In this document: positions 12,791-26,400 of the stretch, in pieces
Layout of the letters: each line of letters begins with the position of its first letter
How positions within the stretch are numbered: the stretch's first letter is position 1
NCBI GenBank assembly: GCA_964036045.1
Contig: OZ038378.1
Span: 78,616,001 to 78,680,000 of the forward strand
Direction of reading: 5' to 3'
Length of the DNA: 64,000 bases
Origin: Eutreptiella sp. 'Long Island Sound 2002'
Lineage: Eukaryota > Protista > Euglenida
Notes under the pieces: model-generated
Told to the model about the DNA's origin: nothing
Databases searched by the model: none
Seen by the model: the letters and a program-made list of their open reading frames with translations, nothing else
Program-made: the position numbers and the translations under genes

Positions 12791-14849
12791 TGCATCCACT
12801 ATGCTGTAATGTGTAGCCATGTGGCTACACGATGGCTGCAAAAATTCCATCCATTTCCGAGTGCCTCGGCTGCATCATGGAGCCATGTTTTTGGCTGCAC
12901 ATTTTTCACTGCGGTCGCATGCTGGATGCATTTAGCAATTCATAGCTCTTTTTTTCTGGTTGGGTTGCAGCCAGCCCAGCCCCCATCTAAAGAAAGATAC
13001 AATATTGGGCTGAAATGGGAAAAACATGACAAGGTTGAAGAGCTGTGTGAATTGGAATTTGACAAGATGTCTTGGATAATCTTGCAACTAAAAGGTATTC
13101 CGTTGGGCCTCCAAGAAGACCTCGGGACAATTTTCTAAGCGCAAAGTTGGTTACCTTTGACGTCACCAAATACTAGGCAAGTCTTGACGTCCACCTTTCC
13201 TGCACTGGTGCACAAAACTCTGCTATATTGTTGTAACACTGCAGGCTTTATTGCCAAGTTTAGGTCACTGGTGTGGGACGCAGGCTGGCATAACTACCGC
13301 CCTGAGTGGTGGAAAGTCCGAGTGAAGGGATTATTACACGATATCCCCCTCACAGCCACGATAACGTGTGCACATATAGACCTGTGGTTTCGGGAAGGAA
13401 AAGCGTTTAGAAGTTAGTGTTCGACGGAGTGTATGTGAGTATGTGTGTCTTTGGTAATGACCCAGCGTGCAGCCCATATTGATGTACATACATGCAGTAG
13501 ACAACCACACCTGCCGGAGGGGGGGCAGGGTGTGGGTGACAGGGGGAGGGATAGGGAACATCTGTTTTTGCTCCCAAGGAGAACCAAGTATCACATAAGT
13601 ATAGGCCAACACTCATTGGGGATGGCCTATTTGTAACATCCTTGTAGCAAATTTTGCAGTGCCTCAAAAGGTAGGGGTTGGACGGATAGAAAGCACAAAG
13701 TTTTCAGGATAAGTGAAGGGATGTGGAAATTTTGACGACACACGCCTTCACCCTTTGGTGTTGTTCATGTTGAGACCGTACCATGCTCAATTGATTTTTG
13801 GCTCAGGAGTTGGTGCCTATGTGCTCTGCCGAACTAGTTGCCTAGATGTCGTTGTGCCACACATGTGGCAATGGCACATTTGGCCCTTCCTCAATGATTT
13901 GCGTGCACTTTGGGGCCTGTTTTTATTGAATACCCACATGCTACATTGGGCGGGCATATATTGCCCTGTACCAAGGAATCAGGTTTGAACCATGGCATGA
14001 CTTGCACTAGAGCTTCCACCGCTTGTGGGTCCAATTGAATCTCCGGCCGGAGGGACGTGTCGTACCGCGCCGCTGGGTATTTCCCCCCCGCCTCCTATCA
14101 CCCTTTCGTACCATTGACTGGAAGACTAGATTGACTTTTTCCCATCACCGCCACCCCATGCGCGCCCGAGCTTGCCATACTAGTTGCTGCTTACAGCTTC
14201 TCATTACAGAGGGCACGGTGTTGAACATACTCGAGATGACCCTGCGGAGATTCGTTGCCGTGCGTGCGACAATGGAATGACGACATGTCCGATCTTTGTC
14301 ACCAGGGTTCTCTTCCCCGCCAAGCTGCCTTGTTTGGATTACCTATCAAAGCAATGTCCCCCTCCTTAGATAGGCAGGATGTATGGGACTCCATCAGCGA
14401 AATTGCCCGCTTGGTCTCACGTGCCCCGGGGCCGACTAGTCGACCCGACCAAGGCACCGTGCGCTTGGCTATTAATAGAATTGATCGTAAGTTAGATCGT
14501 ATCGGATTCGGTAGTCCATAGTTGTTCCACAACATTCCCATTGCTTACCATCTACATTATGTATATTTTGATGTTTTCTTTGAGGCTGCATTTGTGTTTG
14601 TGAACCATGTCATGAGGGAAAAGCATGGTCTAGCGGTTGGTGGCCCCTTTTCATGACAATTTACGAATGCCAAATGTATGCTCACTGAGCATCAGCTTTA
14701 CCCTGCCTTCCATTTGCCCCGAGCGGTGCCGCAATAAAACACCGGTGCGCTGTTCCTACAAAAAAAAAGTTGATTCCGTGACAATATCCATGGCGTCATG
14801 TATGGTGATAACGCATCAAGAACTGATGGGCCGCTGTATATATTAAAAT

Positions 14850-17800
14850 TTTGTCAGCCAATAATAAACGAATTTGTCGGGGGTGCTGCACGGGGTCCTG
14901 TGGCTCCACTGTCACGTCTCCGTGCAAAACGATCTAGTGATCAACCCCCCCCTTCCCACTTGAGGTCCAAATTGTACATGCCTTCAGAAGTAGTTTGCAG
15001 CACGTGTCTAGGAGTGTACGTGAAAGCCTTCGCATGGCTGGTGGCATGCATGTCTTGTCCCTAGTGTTTGGCGCCCTTCACGGTCCCCAAGCCGCCACCA
15101 ACCGACCAAAGCTCGATTGATTCTTGGAGACTGGTCACGGACTACAGAAAATTGAATGAGGCGACCATTCCGGGCGCCCATCCACTATACTACATGGAGG
15201 ATGAAATCACCTTGCATGCCACTGGAATGATATTCACCGTCCTGAACCTCCGCGTTGGTTTTTATTAGATGCCATTGGCTAAATCATCACGCCCCCTCAC
15301 AGCCATGTTTACCCCACTTTGGGCGGTGCAAGGGATAGTCATGCCGATCGGAATCAAAAATTCCCCGATCATGTTCCACCGGATGATGGACGACTTTGTA
15401 TGAGACTTTGCCCACCTCTGCTCCACCATCGCCATGACGTCAAGAAAGTACTCCAAACGTTGAAGCATGTGCAGCTCATTTGTGGGCCTACGATAAGGAA
15501 GATGTTCCTTGGGTGCAGGGTGTTATGCGGCTCTGTTCTCAAGAATGGAACCCGACATCCGAGCCCTAGCAAGCTGATTGGGTTTGCCCTCGAAAAAAGA
15601 CCGCAAACAATCACACCGCTCCAAGCATTTACGGGCTGTTGCAACCTCTACCACACCTTCATCACCATGCATGCTAAGGTGGTGGGGTTTTTGACCGAAC
15701 TGCTGAAGGGGCTGAGAAATGAAAGACGAAAGGGGACTACGGTAACTGTCAAGTTGACTACCGAGTGGCAACAAGCTTACATTGACCTCAAAAGAGCCAC
15801 GGAGCAAGCGGTTACATTGCATGTGCCGGATCCAACGAAGTGTTTCTACCTCAGGACTAATACTAGTAACTATGCCATCGGTTGTGTGGTGGAGCAAGTA
15901 GACCCCAGAGCCGGGGAGCATCGCCTCTTGCTTTGCGGAGTAGAAAGCTCACGCCGTGCCAAAGAAGGTGCAACCCCCGCGCAGAGGAGGCCTATGCCAT
16001 TCCGGCAGTGTACCAAGTGGACACACCATCCCCACGAGTGTCGCTAGATTTTACGGATTTCGATGTTTGAATGTTCTACATTACGGGGGGGGGGGTATTC
16101 AGGGGACCATGGCCATAGCTCAACCGTAGCGCGCCGCACCCACGGGCTGGCGGGCGCTGTTTCGAGACTCGGGGCGGCTCGACTTGAGGCGGCTCGACAT
16201 GGGCCGTATAGGTGTAGTGATCGTTGAATACTTGGTTATCTTCCGGTAAGGTACATTTTGCTGCGGATTTCGATGTTTGAATGTTGTGCAGTGGAGTACT
16301 TCATCCCACGAGGCCAAAGCCCATCCATGAAGCCAATAAATGACAGAAGGCATGGAGGCGCATTGTATGTATTGGACACGGAAACACTATGCAACAATGA
16401 AATGATATAATACAAAGGACCAGATTGGTGGGTGTGGTACCTGATTAGAAGCAAACCGCCGGATACCTATGCCATTGTCCCAACCTTGAGGAAGTACGAG
16501 AGCCAGTTCGCGTTCCAACGCGTAGAAATCTTGGCGGATCACCAATCCTTGGAGTCCCCACAGACAAACCACATCAATCCCCCCTCGGGACCGGCCGGGA
16601 GAAGAGCAAGATGGCACGAGTGTCTCTTGGAATTGGTCGTGTACTTGACCTACTTGTCCGAGCAGGTGCACTTAGTACTTGGGCTTACACACCCGGAAAG
16701 ACATACACCCATTGTTCCAAGCATGGCACGACCCAAGAGAAGTTAATGGTCATAGAACTCGTCGAAGAGGAGAAGAAGCTCGTCAAGAAGCGGTGCATGA
16801 AGTGTGCCCTAGCCAGTCATGATCACAATTCTGTCAGCCATCAAGACCAAATGCTGAAGGTGGCTGAGGTTTAGCACGAATTGTACCAAGCCTCGGATGG
16901 AGGGAAAAAATCTTGGCAGTACAGCCCACTACGGACCAGCACCTCCATCCTGAGAACAATCATCAAGGATATTCCGGGTCCATTTGGGGCCATCTAGTGA
17001 TCACCCGAGCTGGACAAATTCATCAGGAAAAAATCTTCGGATTGATGCACGACGCCGTCTTCCACGAGGAGTGGACGAAAATGTACCAGAATGATGGGGA
17101 ATTCACATCCATGTAACAAGACGTGTCTGATCTGAAGAAGGGGTACATTGAAGACCAGTGGAATCGCTACACAATCGATGGTAGCAGGCTAGTTTACAAT
17201 CTCAAATTGTGTGTGCCCGCCAACGTCCTTGACTAGCTCGTGCAATATTTGCACAAATGGGAAACTCGGCAGAGTCATGGACGAATTCTCTGGCTAGACG
17301 TCAAGCATCCACTTCATTTGCCGCTACCAGGGGGGGAAATGTCTGGAAATTGCTGAACAATGCCCGAAATGTCAACCCGTAGAACCACGGAAAATTCAAA
17401 AACGAGGACATAGCTACCCCCGTCCAGTCCACAAAAAGCTATTGTATCGTGTCATCATGGACATATTCAACTTAAGGCAGCCGGACGAAAAGTCCTGCTG
17501 GCTTACGGCGGAAAGAGGGGACAGATTGCTTCTCATGCAAGATCGCCTGAGCAACTCCTTTTCCGCCGTTTTGTGCAGTACCCGTAATCTCACGGAGAAT
17601 GGTACCGCCAAGTGGTGCTCCGCTCTATGGATGTCATCATGGGACGTTCCACGCAGATTTACCAGTGACTTTCGACCCCAATTTATCTCAAAGTGTCGGG
17701 AGATTATGTGCCTATATTTGGGCACCAATCGTCACCGCTGCAAAGTTCATTGCCACCAAAGTTTGACGGCCGGAAGATCTGGGAAGTTGGTCATTGAGAT

Positions 17801-18540
17801 CCTACGGAAAGAGATGCAGAACAAGAAAGATTTCACTTGGATGGAAGTACTTTTCGCCCTCCTCCGTCGTTATCACGAGGTCTGCAACTAAACTAGATAT
17901 TGGATAGAAATTGGGTTTCGGGCCCAAGATGAAGGCAGTCCACAAGACCATCGAAAGATCCATCTTTTTCGAGAAAATACAGCAAGCGGAAGAGGGGGTA
18001 AAGCGGGTTAAAGGGGCAAACAGCGGGAGCTGAAAGAGCCTGTTCGATAGAGGCTGAGTGGGAGGCCCTTAACGTGTCACGGATAACACTTTGTCGGTCC
18101 AAATGAGCCAAGAAGCTATCTGGGCGGACAGAAAATTGCTTTCCCGCTTGGAAGGCCCGCTCTAGGTTCTCAAGGCAACCGCACAACGACAATTTGACAT
18201 GAGGAAGGAACCGAACGAGACTGGAATCGACTCCCAAGCTCCCAAGAGCGTCTCAGATCCTATATGACCCACCTTTCACCCAATAAGGAGCCGTTCTACT
18301 GGACGAACAAGATGCCGACTGAGAGAAAAATGGAAACTTCGAGCTACGACGTCAACATTATTCAGAATCACTAGCAAGATCCCTTGGACCAACCGTGGAA
18401 AATCCAGTGCAAGTGGAAAGGATACAGAGCGCGACAAGACTACACAGTAGAGCCAGCAACCTCGTTTGTGCATGCCTTCACCGGAACCTTTTGCTGCTAC
18501 CACGACAAGCACAAGATTCCCCGTGTTTCAACCAGAAGGG
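14850..18540 (+). mobile_element. Decayed Ty3/Gypsy (chromovirus-type) pol: RT, RNase H, integrase, chromodomain
   Basis: RT: WRLVTDYRKLN and MPIGIKNSPIMFHRMMD. RNase H: FYLRTNTSNYAIGCVVEQ and ILADHQSL..RRARW. Integrase: VIMDIF..LLMQDRLS..FTSDFRPQF. Chromodomain: IQCKWKGY..DYTVEP. Many stops and frameshifts; LTRs not identified. Confidence 0.9.
16054..16285. mobile_element. About 210-bp insertion in the Gypsy RNase H, bounded by a 22-bp direct repeat
   Basis: CGGATTTCGATGTTTGAATGTT occurs at 16054-16075 and 16264-16285. RNase H motifs stop before this region and resume near 16460. Confidence 0.55.
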
Positions 18541-20224
18541 GGAAGGTAAAGATGGACCCCTAGCCAAGCATATTGAGTAGATGCTATGGTGAAGAGACTG
18601 TCCCCAGCTGCCAACTACACTCTACTTTCAAGGCCCATCGCCAAAGATTCAACATCACCTGAAGAAGAGCAGGTTCTGGAAGATAAGTTACAATAAGTCA
18701 CTTCATGTACCGGAAATGTGACCAAAATCTGACCCCCGCCACTAAGATCACCAGCCGTTTTCGACGAAGACCACCTACCCATACTGGCGTGAAAGGACCA
18801 ATCCGAGCCAAAGAGGTGACATTGCGAGCACATGATGGGAAATGGCCATTTTTGTGACATGGACCTAAGCACCTGTTCGAACCCGAGTATTCTAAACAAC
18901 CGCTGGGTGTATAGATTTCTTCACACGTGGGAGGGCATTGCACTCAACTCTTGGGCCCACATTGTCCATTCAAACCCCTGTGTGTCCATCTGTGGCATAA
19001 ACCTCCAGCCGCGCCACCACCACGGTCGCCACCATCTCTGGCGTAACCGCCACCTCTGTAGGCACCGTGATGATTGCAGTGGTGATTTTTGACTCTGCAG
19101 ACGACCTGGAGCAAACTAGCGCCTGCATATCTTCAACTTCGGACTGCATCCGTCACGCTATGAGCGGGTGACCGGGCCAAGATCACTTCTTCACCACATT
19201 GGCCGTAGTATTCGCCCCAAGGGCTAGTTCTCCATTCCGGGGCTGGGGATCGTTGGTTCCATCCCCATGGATTCCCACGCCTACAAAACACAGCGAGCGG
19301 CCACTAATAGCAGGCTGTGGATGGCTGCCTCATGTTGCCCCGCGCGCCACGCTCCCGGGAGGCGGGCTGCAATTTCTAACCCAAGCAGGGCTGGAATTTG
19401 TGCATTCAAGGTTGCAGGTGTGTGTTGTATCCGCTACACCACAAGCGGGCAACAAGTGTATATGGAGTGCGCGAGGGAACAATCGAAGCTGCTATCGCCG
19501 CCGCTGACAGAGCTTACGATGCAGGGACAAAGTACAAGGCCACCAACGGCGCTGCCACCGACCGGAAGCTTCCACCTATTCAAGTATGACCCAAAGGAAC
19601 GTTTTAGACCAGCAGAACGTTGACGGCCAGCGGTACATGCGGAATGTAGTGCCGAAAGTCCGGACGGCCCAAACAAGTCCAAAACGCACACCTTGCATCA
19701 GCTGTCTGCGGAGAAGGGGCTTCCACCATGTGTTCGGGTCGCCCTTACTTGCCAAGTCGTGCGTGACTCAACTAATATTAGCAACGGCATCAACCGGCTG
19801 GTCCCTGTAATATCCAGAATTTTTTGCTAGCGTGGGGACCACAGATTTGAGCCTGTTGCGTGCTTTGGGCGCGTGTGCATCAGGAACACACAACTCGGGC
19901 TTGGAACAATATGCGCCGAGGGCCTAACCACCGAAGTCTTGGAATTGTGTGCTTTGCATATGAGGGCATTGCGAGTTTCATTTGTTACGAGCCCTTTAAA
20001 TACCGATTTTGCCGTCTGCATGTGAGGCAAGGCCCATGCTTGTTAGGAAGCCCGCATAGTTCCCTGGTTTCTGAAAATCGACGACACATTGCATTGTTTT
20101 GTGCATCCTGAGCACGTTCTCTTGCACCTCACTATTTGTCCCAGACTGAGAGCTTTTCTGCTTGCGTGTATGCCAGAAGAGGATCTTGGACAAAGCTGAT
20201 GACCAAGACAGGAGTAGTTTCACG

Positions 20225-20710
20225 CAGCGCCAACACCACAAACCCCCCTTTTCCAATGCCCACCATGCAATCCAAAGTAATTTGAGGCCATGTGAACATT
20301 GCAAACCCTCTTTTGCAATCCCCCCATGCCCTCCAAAGTCATTGCAGAGAGTGCTGACACCTCAAAAAACCTTTTCCAATGCCCCCATGCTGTCAAAGAT
20401 AATTTTTGGCATTGCTAACACCTCAAACTCCCTTTTCCAATGCCCCCCTCCCCGTTCCCCTGCACATAATTTCAGGCAATGCCAACGCCTCAACTCGCAT
20501 TTTCCAATGCCCTTCTGTTGTCAAAACACATTTCAGCCAGTGATCACACCTTAAACCCCTTTTTCCATTGCCCCAATGCCCTCAAAACATATTTCACGTA
20601 GTGCCAACACATCAAACCCCCTTTTCTAATGCCCCCCATGCCGTTCGAAAATGATTTGAGGCGGTGCCATCACCCCATTTTGTAATGCCACCAATGCCCT
20701 CAAAGACACC
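20225..20710. repeat. Diverged minisatellite, about 61-bp unit, 8 copies
   Basis: A TTTTCCAATGCCC-like core recurs at 20249, 20311, 20372, 20433, 20500, 20561, 20622 and 20678. The period is mostly not a multiple of 3. Confidence 0.8.
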
Positions 20711-21478
20711 ACGGGCAAAAATAAGGGAGGTGGGAACACACAAATAAGCGCCGCCCAACTTGCCGCGTGCGCCGGGAACACACGGACAGGGTACTGTTCT
20801 CGCCAACGCAGTAGGGCATAATTAGGAGATTGTTACAACCACACCACACAATGAAACACCTGTGCACTAGGCTGCGCAACCAACTGCACATTTTTCACCT
20901 GTTAGCGTTCTTATTAGGCTGTTCAACTTTTCCATATGCTGCAGGCATTCCAGGCACTGTGTTTTTTGCAGAAACAAGTCCCGTTGATGGGCAGCATGCC
21001 ATTTTGCCGTGGAATCATTTTTGCATGTGTGTTGGAGCGTCTGGCACAAGGCGGGGTCATGGCATGAAAATGTGCGTCCGTTTAGTTGGAATGGGCTCTC
21101 TAGTTCACCCATAGGCATCAAAAAGCATCAAAATGGCACCCCGCGGTGGTAAGTGCTGCCCTACAACCAAGGAGCTTACGGCGTGTGACGGTGAGATAGA
21201 GGAGGCCGTTGCAACGGCCGCCCCTGCGGCGGCCGGCCAACGGCCTGTTAGGAACCCTACGGCGTACACGAGCACGAGTTGAGGGATGGTGACACCAAAT
21301 TTGGTGCAGTGGAAAAGATGAGGATCCTGCCAATTCTAACGACATTACAGTACACAGTCAACAACAGCTCTGTGTATAGCGACCTAGTCGGCTACCAGAC
21401 ATCAGACATCAGACTTTTATGGAGCATCATTACCAAACCGTGAACCCCCCTCCCCCAAACCCCTTGATTATGCACTAC

Positions 21479-21740
21479 ATCAACCCCCCCGCCGCCGTTG
21501 TCCACACAAAATTTTTCACAGGAAACCCCCCCCCCCTGTGACCCACCCATCCCCCCGCTCCCCCCACTATCGGGTGCTTTCCAGCCCCCACCCCCCCCCA
21601 AGGAAAAATGGCGCCACGGAAAACACAACCCCCCCCCCCGTTTGGAAAAAAATTGCACACTTGTTGTTGACAGCAGTGTATATGACAACTTCAATTTGAT
21701 TCTAATTTTGGTTGTTTGAGCCAACAATTTGTTTATGTAC
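21479..21740 (-). repeat. About 250-bp dispersed repeat, copy A (inverted relative to 46242-46489)
   Basis: The reverse complement aligns along its length with 46242-46489 (GTACA.AAACAAATTGT.GGCTCAAACAACC...GTGGACAACGGCGG...GTTGAT). Confidence 0.9.
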
Positions 21741-22490
21741 AACACCCTTGAGGTGTTTTTGATTGTTTGTGGTCTAGGGCTTTGCGGCTTAGGCCACAGA
21801 CCCCTTCAATGATGAACGCGCTGATAACAACTGAGAAGGGGTTCTGGCATGTTTGCTTCTGTAACCAATTACCATTTGCTGACTGTGAGCCCCTTCAATG
21901 AAGATGCATGACAGTTTACATGTGCTGCTCCGTGTTGCGTGGGTCTTCAGTGTGGACCCCTGCAGGGACCTTTTTCTTAGGACGTGTTTTGTCGTGACGG
22001 AGCTTTGCGAATTCGCGGCCGAGGAATGGGACCGCCCCCAGCAGTCAGTGTACCATGTCCACCATAATGTGCACCATGTCCTCCAATGGCGAGCAAGCAT
22101 TTTGAAAACCCTTATTTGTCAATGTCATGTGCAAGCAACATACATCTGAGAAGGGGCTTTGCAGTGAATTTGAATTTGACTTCCTTTTTTTTTAAACCGA
22201 CCCTCTTTCCTAGCCCTCAAGGCTCATTGCAATGTGCTGCACTTCGCCGTGATCACGCTTTGTCGTTTATCCGCAGGATCTGGTGACGACCATAAAAAAC
22301 CGTGTGCTCTATCTTGTTGTGCTCCGTCTTGCCGTGGTGTTTCTTGAGGAAGTTTGGAAAACCATCCAGAGAAATCCATAGTGTAGGGAAAACACCCCCC
22401 ACGCAACCCCATGGGCAATCGTGTGGAAAAGCCTGCCTTGACTCTTTCAGTGTCAGTGTCACATGGTGTGTATGCGTGTCTCTGTTGTTC

Positions 22491-22581
22491 GATGTTCTGT
22501 GGCCTACGAGGACCATTTTATTTGTGGATGCAAATTTAACTGATGCCAATTGCAATGGTCATGATGCTGTCCCCTGAGATG
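22491..22581 (+). repeat. About 90-bp segment repeated directly at 45982-46073
   Basis: Shared GATGTTCTGTGG...ACCATTTTATTTGTGGAT...TTTAACTGATGCCAATTGCAATGGTCATGATGCT.TCCC.TGAGATG. Confidence 0.85.
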
Positions 22582-23499
22582 GCAGGACCCGCTTGCAGTT
22601 TTAGCTGTGACGTTGTGACTGCAGGTGATGTGTACCACGTATGTACCCTCCCATTTGCCATTGTTGGCACTTTCTCCTGTTTGCATCCCTGTCGGTGATG
22701 ATGGCATTCATTTCACTACCCTGTGGGGCTGGTCTGCCGATGTTGGGTTTGGGTTGCCCCACAAACTCCTGCAGGGACCTTTTTCTCAGGCCCCGTTTCG
22801 GTCGGCAGAGCGGTTGAGAAATGCCCCGTTTTGTCCGCTCGGAACCGCCCCTTGTGGATCTTTCAACGTATGGATGCAAAGCACAGCATGCAGACGTTCA
22901 GCCATTGTCCGCGCTAAGAAGGCCTAGTCCACTGGGCGTCCGGCGTGCCATACCATGACGAAGCGGACAAGTCCACTTTCCACTGCGGCCTTTCCATGCC
23001 TGAGAGTGGTGGCCCCAAAATTGCACGTGCACCCACCGGGTGTTCGTGAGGGCTCCCCCACAGGGTATATCCCACCTTGATATCCAAAAACAATAAACCA
23101 GAGAAGGGGCTCTGCTATGTGTAGCATTTGTGTCACAATGTAACGCACTTTGTTGTGTGCTGCCTTCTGTGTTTTGCTTTCATGCTGTGCTCCAGGTCCA
23201 TCTTCACGCAATGGGAAACAAATTGGAAAACTCCCTCTCCCCCCTCGCCATTCTGCGACCCCCCCCCCTTTCACAATAGCATGCTACGTGTCACATTCTC
23301 CCGGTACCTGTGTCCGTTCAACGCTTATCTGTTCCTTGTTGTGCATGTCTCTCTTGACAAAAAGGGAAATGTGTGTGTTGCATAGGAGACAAGTGTGCAC
23401 TGAGCCTCGTCAACACATAGGGCACTCTTTTGTTATCAACCTCCCCCTTGAGGCGAGGAAGTGCGTCTTGGGCCTAGACCGTTGCGTCTCTGACCCGAA

Positions 23500-26400
23500 C
23501 ATTTGAGTTGGGCCTGCCCCAGCTCCCACGCGTTCATCGCCCACCCACTGCGGGCCGCAATTTGCCATGTCGTCTAGCCCCCTCAGCGTGGCCTCTTCCG
23601 TCCCCTCCAGCCCTTCGTTCCCGGATTGCAGCTCGGGGGTTCTGCCCGAGCTCTTGCGGTTTGGAGACCAACCCCCATTTCCACTGTGGGACTCTGACGT
23701 TGAGAAGTGTCTCAGCGAACTGGCCTCGCCCCAGCCTCCATTGCTAACACCGCCTCCCTCTCCCCCTTCATCTAGCTGCACCAACAACCTCTCCAACGCC
23801 AGTAAGTCCTCCGCGCAGACCCCACGTTACCTCAACCCCATACCAAGTAGCCCTGGAAGCCGTGGAGGAGGCCGTGATGTGCACCGCCGTGCCACCGCCA
23901 TCCCCCCCACAACCCCCCAAGTACGTGCCCAAGGACCCCCCCACCCCCCCCAACCCATGAGGAGGGGCCAGTCCGGTAGTGTGCCCTACTGGCCCCCAGG
24001 ACTAACGGGGCAGCAGCGCCGCACCCAGGAATCATCCCAAGCAGGTCCCAGGGCAGGGAAGCGCTCTGCGCGCCCTGGGAACCCTCCGCCTGCCGACAGC
24101 GCCCCAGGCCGTGGGAGTGTGGGACCCAGCTAGTACGGCGGCGCCACATGTGCCATTTGGCAGTCAAGAAGCGCGGGTCCCCCCTAGTCGTGCCCAGCGC
24201 ACGCCCGTCCCCGTGCATTTGCAGTCGTGGGATGGGCAGGTAGTACGTCCCTCCGACATGGAGGTTGCGAGGCCCTGGCCCAATACTCCCCGGTGGGCTC
24301 AGCGTAAGGCTCCCTTGGCCTCCCCACCGGGCCTTGAGCACCAGGCCACACTTACCCCCCCACGCGCGAGGCCCTGCCCCCCAGCCCAGCCCACGCACAC
24401 CGGCACGCGCACACGCCCGCACACACGCTCAAGCCTGCACACACCCAGAGGGCTAGGCCTCAGTGGTAGTGAGGCCGCGCCCTGTCAACGCCGTCTAGTC
24501 GGAGCCCTGCCGCCAGAGAACTACTCCGCCCCGACGGCCCTCTCGGACGGTTGCACCAACGGCGCCTACCTCAGCTGCACGGACCATGCTGAGCACCCGA
24601 GACTACTGTGAGCACCACACACCATATGCCTCCTCTCCTCCCTGCCCTTGACTGCCCACCCCAACCGTGCCCCACTGCACCCTTACCCTACCCTTCTGCT
24701 CCGCCGTGCGACTGCTCTAAATCACCGCACCCCCAGCCACGAGAGCTGACGAAGGTGAACCGTAGGCGGGGCCCCGATGGCCAGAACCAGGTAGATACAG
24801 CGACCAGCCGCGAGTGCCGCAGCAAGCGTACGCCAGACAAACCCTGACCGGACAGAGTAGACACGTGCACCCCAGTAGTGCGATGGCGCCCCAGGGCCCC
24901 ATGCCCCCCAATGCAATTTGGACGATCGCGTATGGACCTCGGTCACGACGGCGGGGTCTCTCTCCGCGGGCCTGGACCAGTGCCCTCAAGCCCTCCTCCA
25001 CCACCTCAGCCCTGGTGGGGTCCAAGGAGTACAGCACCACTTACAGCTCGTCGATTCAGGCTGCGACTCCCTGTCCTTGGACTCCGTGAGGATGGGAATA
25101 GACAAGAACAAGCCGAATCCCCATCTTTTCAAATCCCACCGCCCGGTCACCCTCACCTCACCCCTCACCCGCACAGAATCACGGTCCGTCCGCGACATGC
25201 TCGTCCCCTCCCATGGAGATCTCCGGCCACCTCACCCCCGACGCCTTCGCCCATCGAGCCGACCACCGGGCTGCCTTCCTCGCCCTCGCCTTCCGAGCCG
25301 CCTTCACCAGCAGCCTCGACCAGCATCGCACAGTGACCGTGACCGATTGGGACCCAGCAGACGCCTTCCTCCGGCAACAGCGCGAAGACTGCACCCCCCT
25401 CCACCGACTTCTCCGCCTGCCATGGGACTTTGGGCCTTGGGCCCTGAAGTACTATGGCCGCCTGCGCATCCACCCCCTCACAGACGACGGCTTTGCCCCC
25501 CCCTACAGCACTGAAGAGGGGTGGAATCAGGGGGACAACCCCTCTGGGGACACTTACCAGACGGGCGAACTGGCTGTAGGTGGCTGCCTCCCCCTGTCCG
25601 AGAGCCTCCACGTCCCGCCGGGCGCCGCCGGCGTACCCATCAACGCCCTCTCCTACTCAGACGACCGCCGCCTACTCCACCCTGATCTGTCCGGCCTCGT
25701 TGAGCTCACTCGCCTGTGCACCACGGCCACAGTGGCCAAAGGCGGCTTGGTCCACATGGACAAGCTGCAGTTCTTCGCGTTTAGCGTGCAGAGCCGCACC
25801 CTCCAACAGCTCACTCAACCAGTCCCCTACTATAACACCATCACCGCATCCTCCACCCCCGCGGTCGTCGGCATCCCCCTCTTCCACGCGCTCCCACCGA
25901 CCCCAAACTACGCCGACCTCGCCGAGGAGGTCCGGCGCCAGCGCCAGCGCTTCTCGTCCACCCCAACCCACGTCCTCCTGGCGTTGCGCACGCTTTGGAC
26001 TTTCGTCCTCTCGCGGTTCGACTACGTCGCCTCGGGGGTAGCGGTACCTCCCCACCACATCCGCGACTTAGCGGTCCAGGTACGCCTCTACTACCGCCAC
26101 GTTTTGGGCCTCCCCTGCTGGACGTCCCGAGCCCTACAGTCCCTTCCCATGGTCCAGGGTGGGCCCGGCTGTCCTGACTTCACCCTGCGGGCGGCAGTGC
26201 GCCTCCTCCTGACGTACACCCAGCCCTCCTTCTCCCGGAATCTACTGGCCCAGCGCTCCGCTCAGTATCTGAGCGCGGCGCGCGTCCCAGGCAGTGAGGC
26301 GGAGCCCCTGGCGGCCGCCGCCGCAGTCCTCAGTGCCGGGTAGTGGTCCTGCCGCACCCAGGCGTCAGAGACCTGCAAGTCCACCTGGATGGCGACCGCG

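Noticed and set aside
14000-19150. LTR pair, PBS and gag of the Gypsy element
   Set aside because: No matching direct repeats or convincing zinc knuckle could be seen by eye.
19398-19589. AP2-like DNA-binding domain (KRATSVYGVREGTIEAAIAAADRAY)
   Set aside because: The resemblance is too short and lacks the N-terminal beta-strand residues.
22740-22830. DNA methyltransferase motif IV (LLQGPFSQAPF)
   Set aside because: No catalytic PC dipeptide and no FxGxG or ENV motifs nearby.
23326-23334. U2 snRNA target remnant (TATCTGTTC) upstream of the LINE
   Set aside because: Only a 9-nt match, with no further U2 sequence on either flank.
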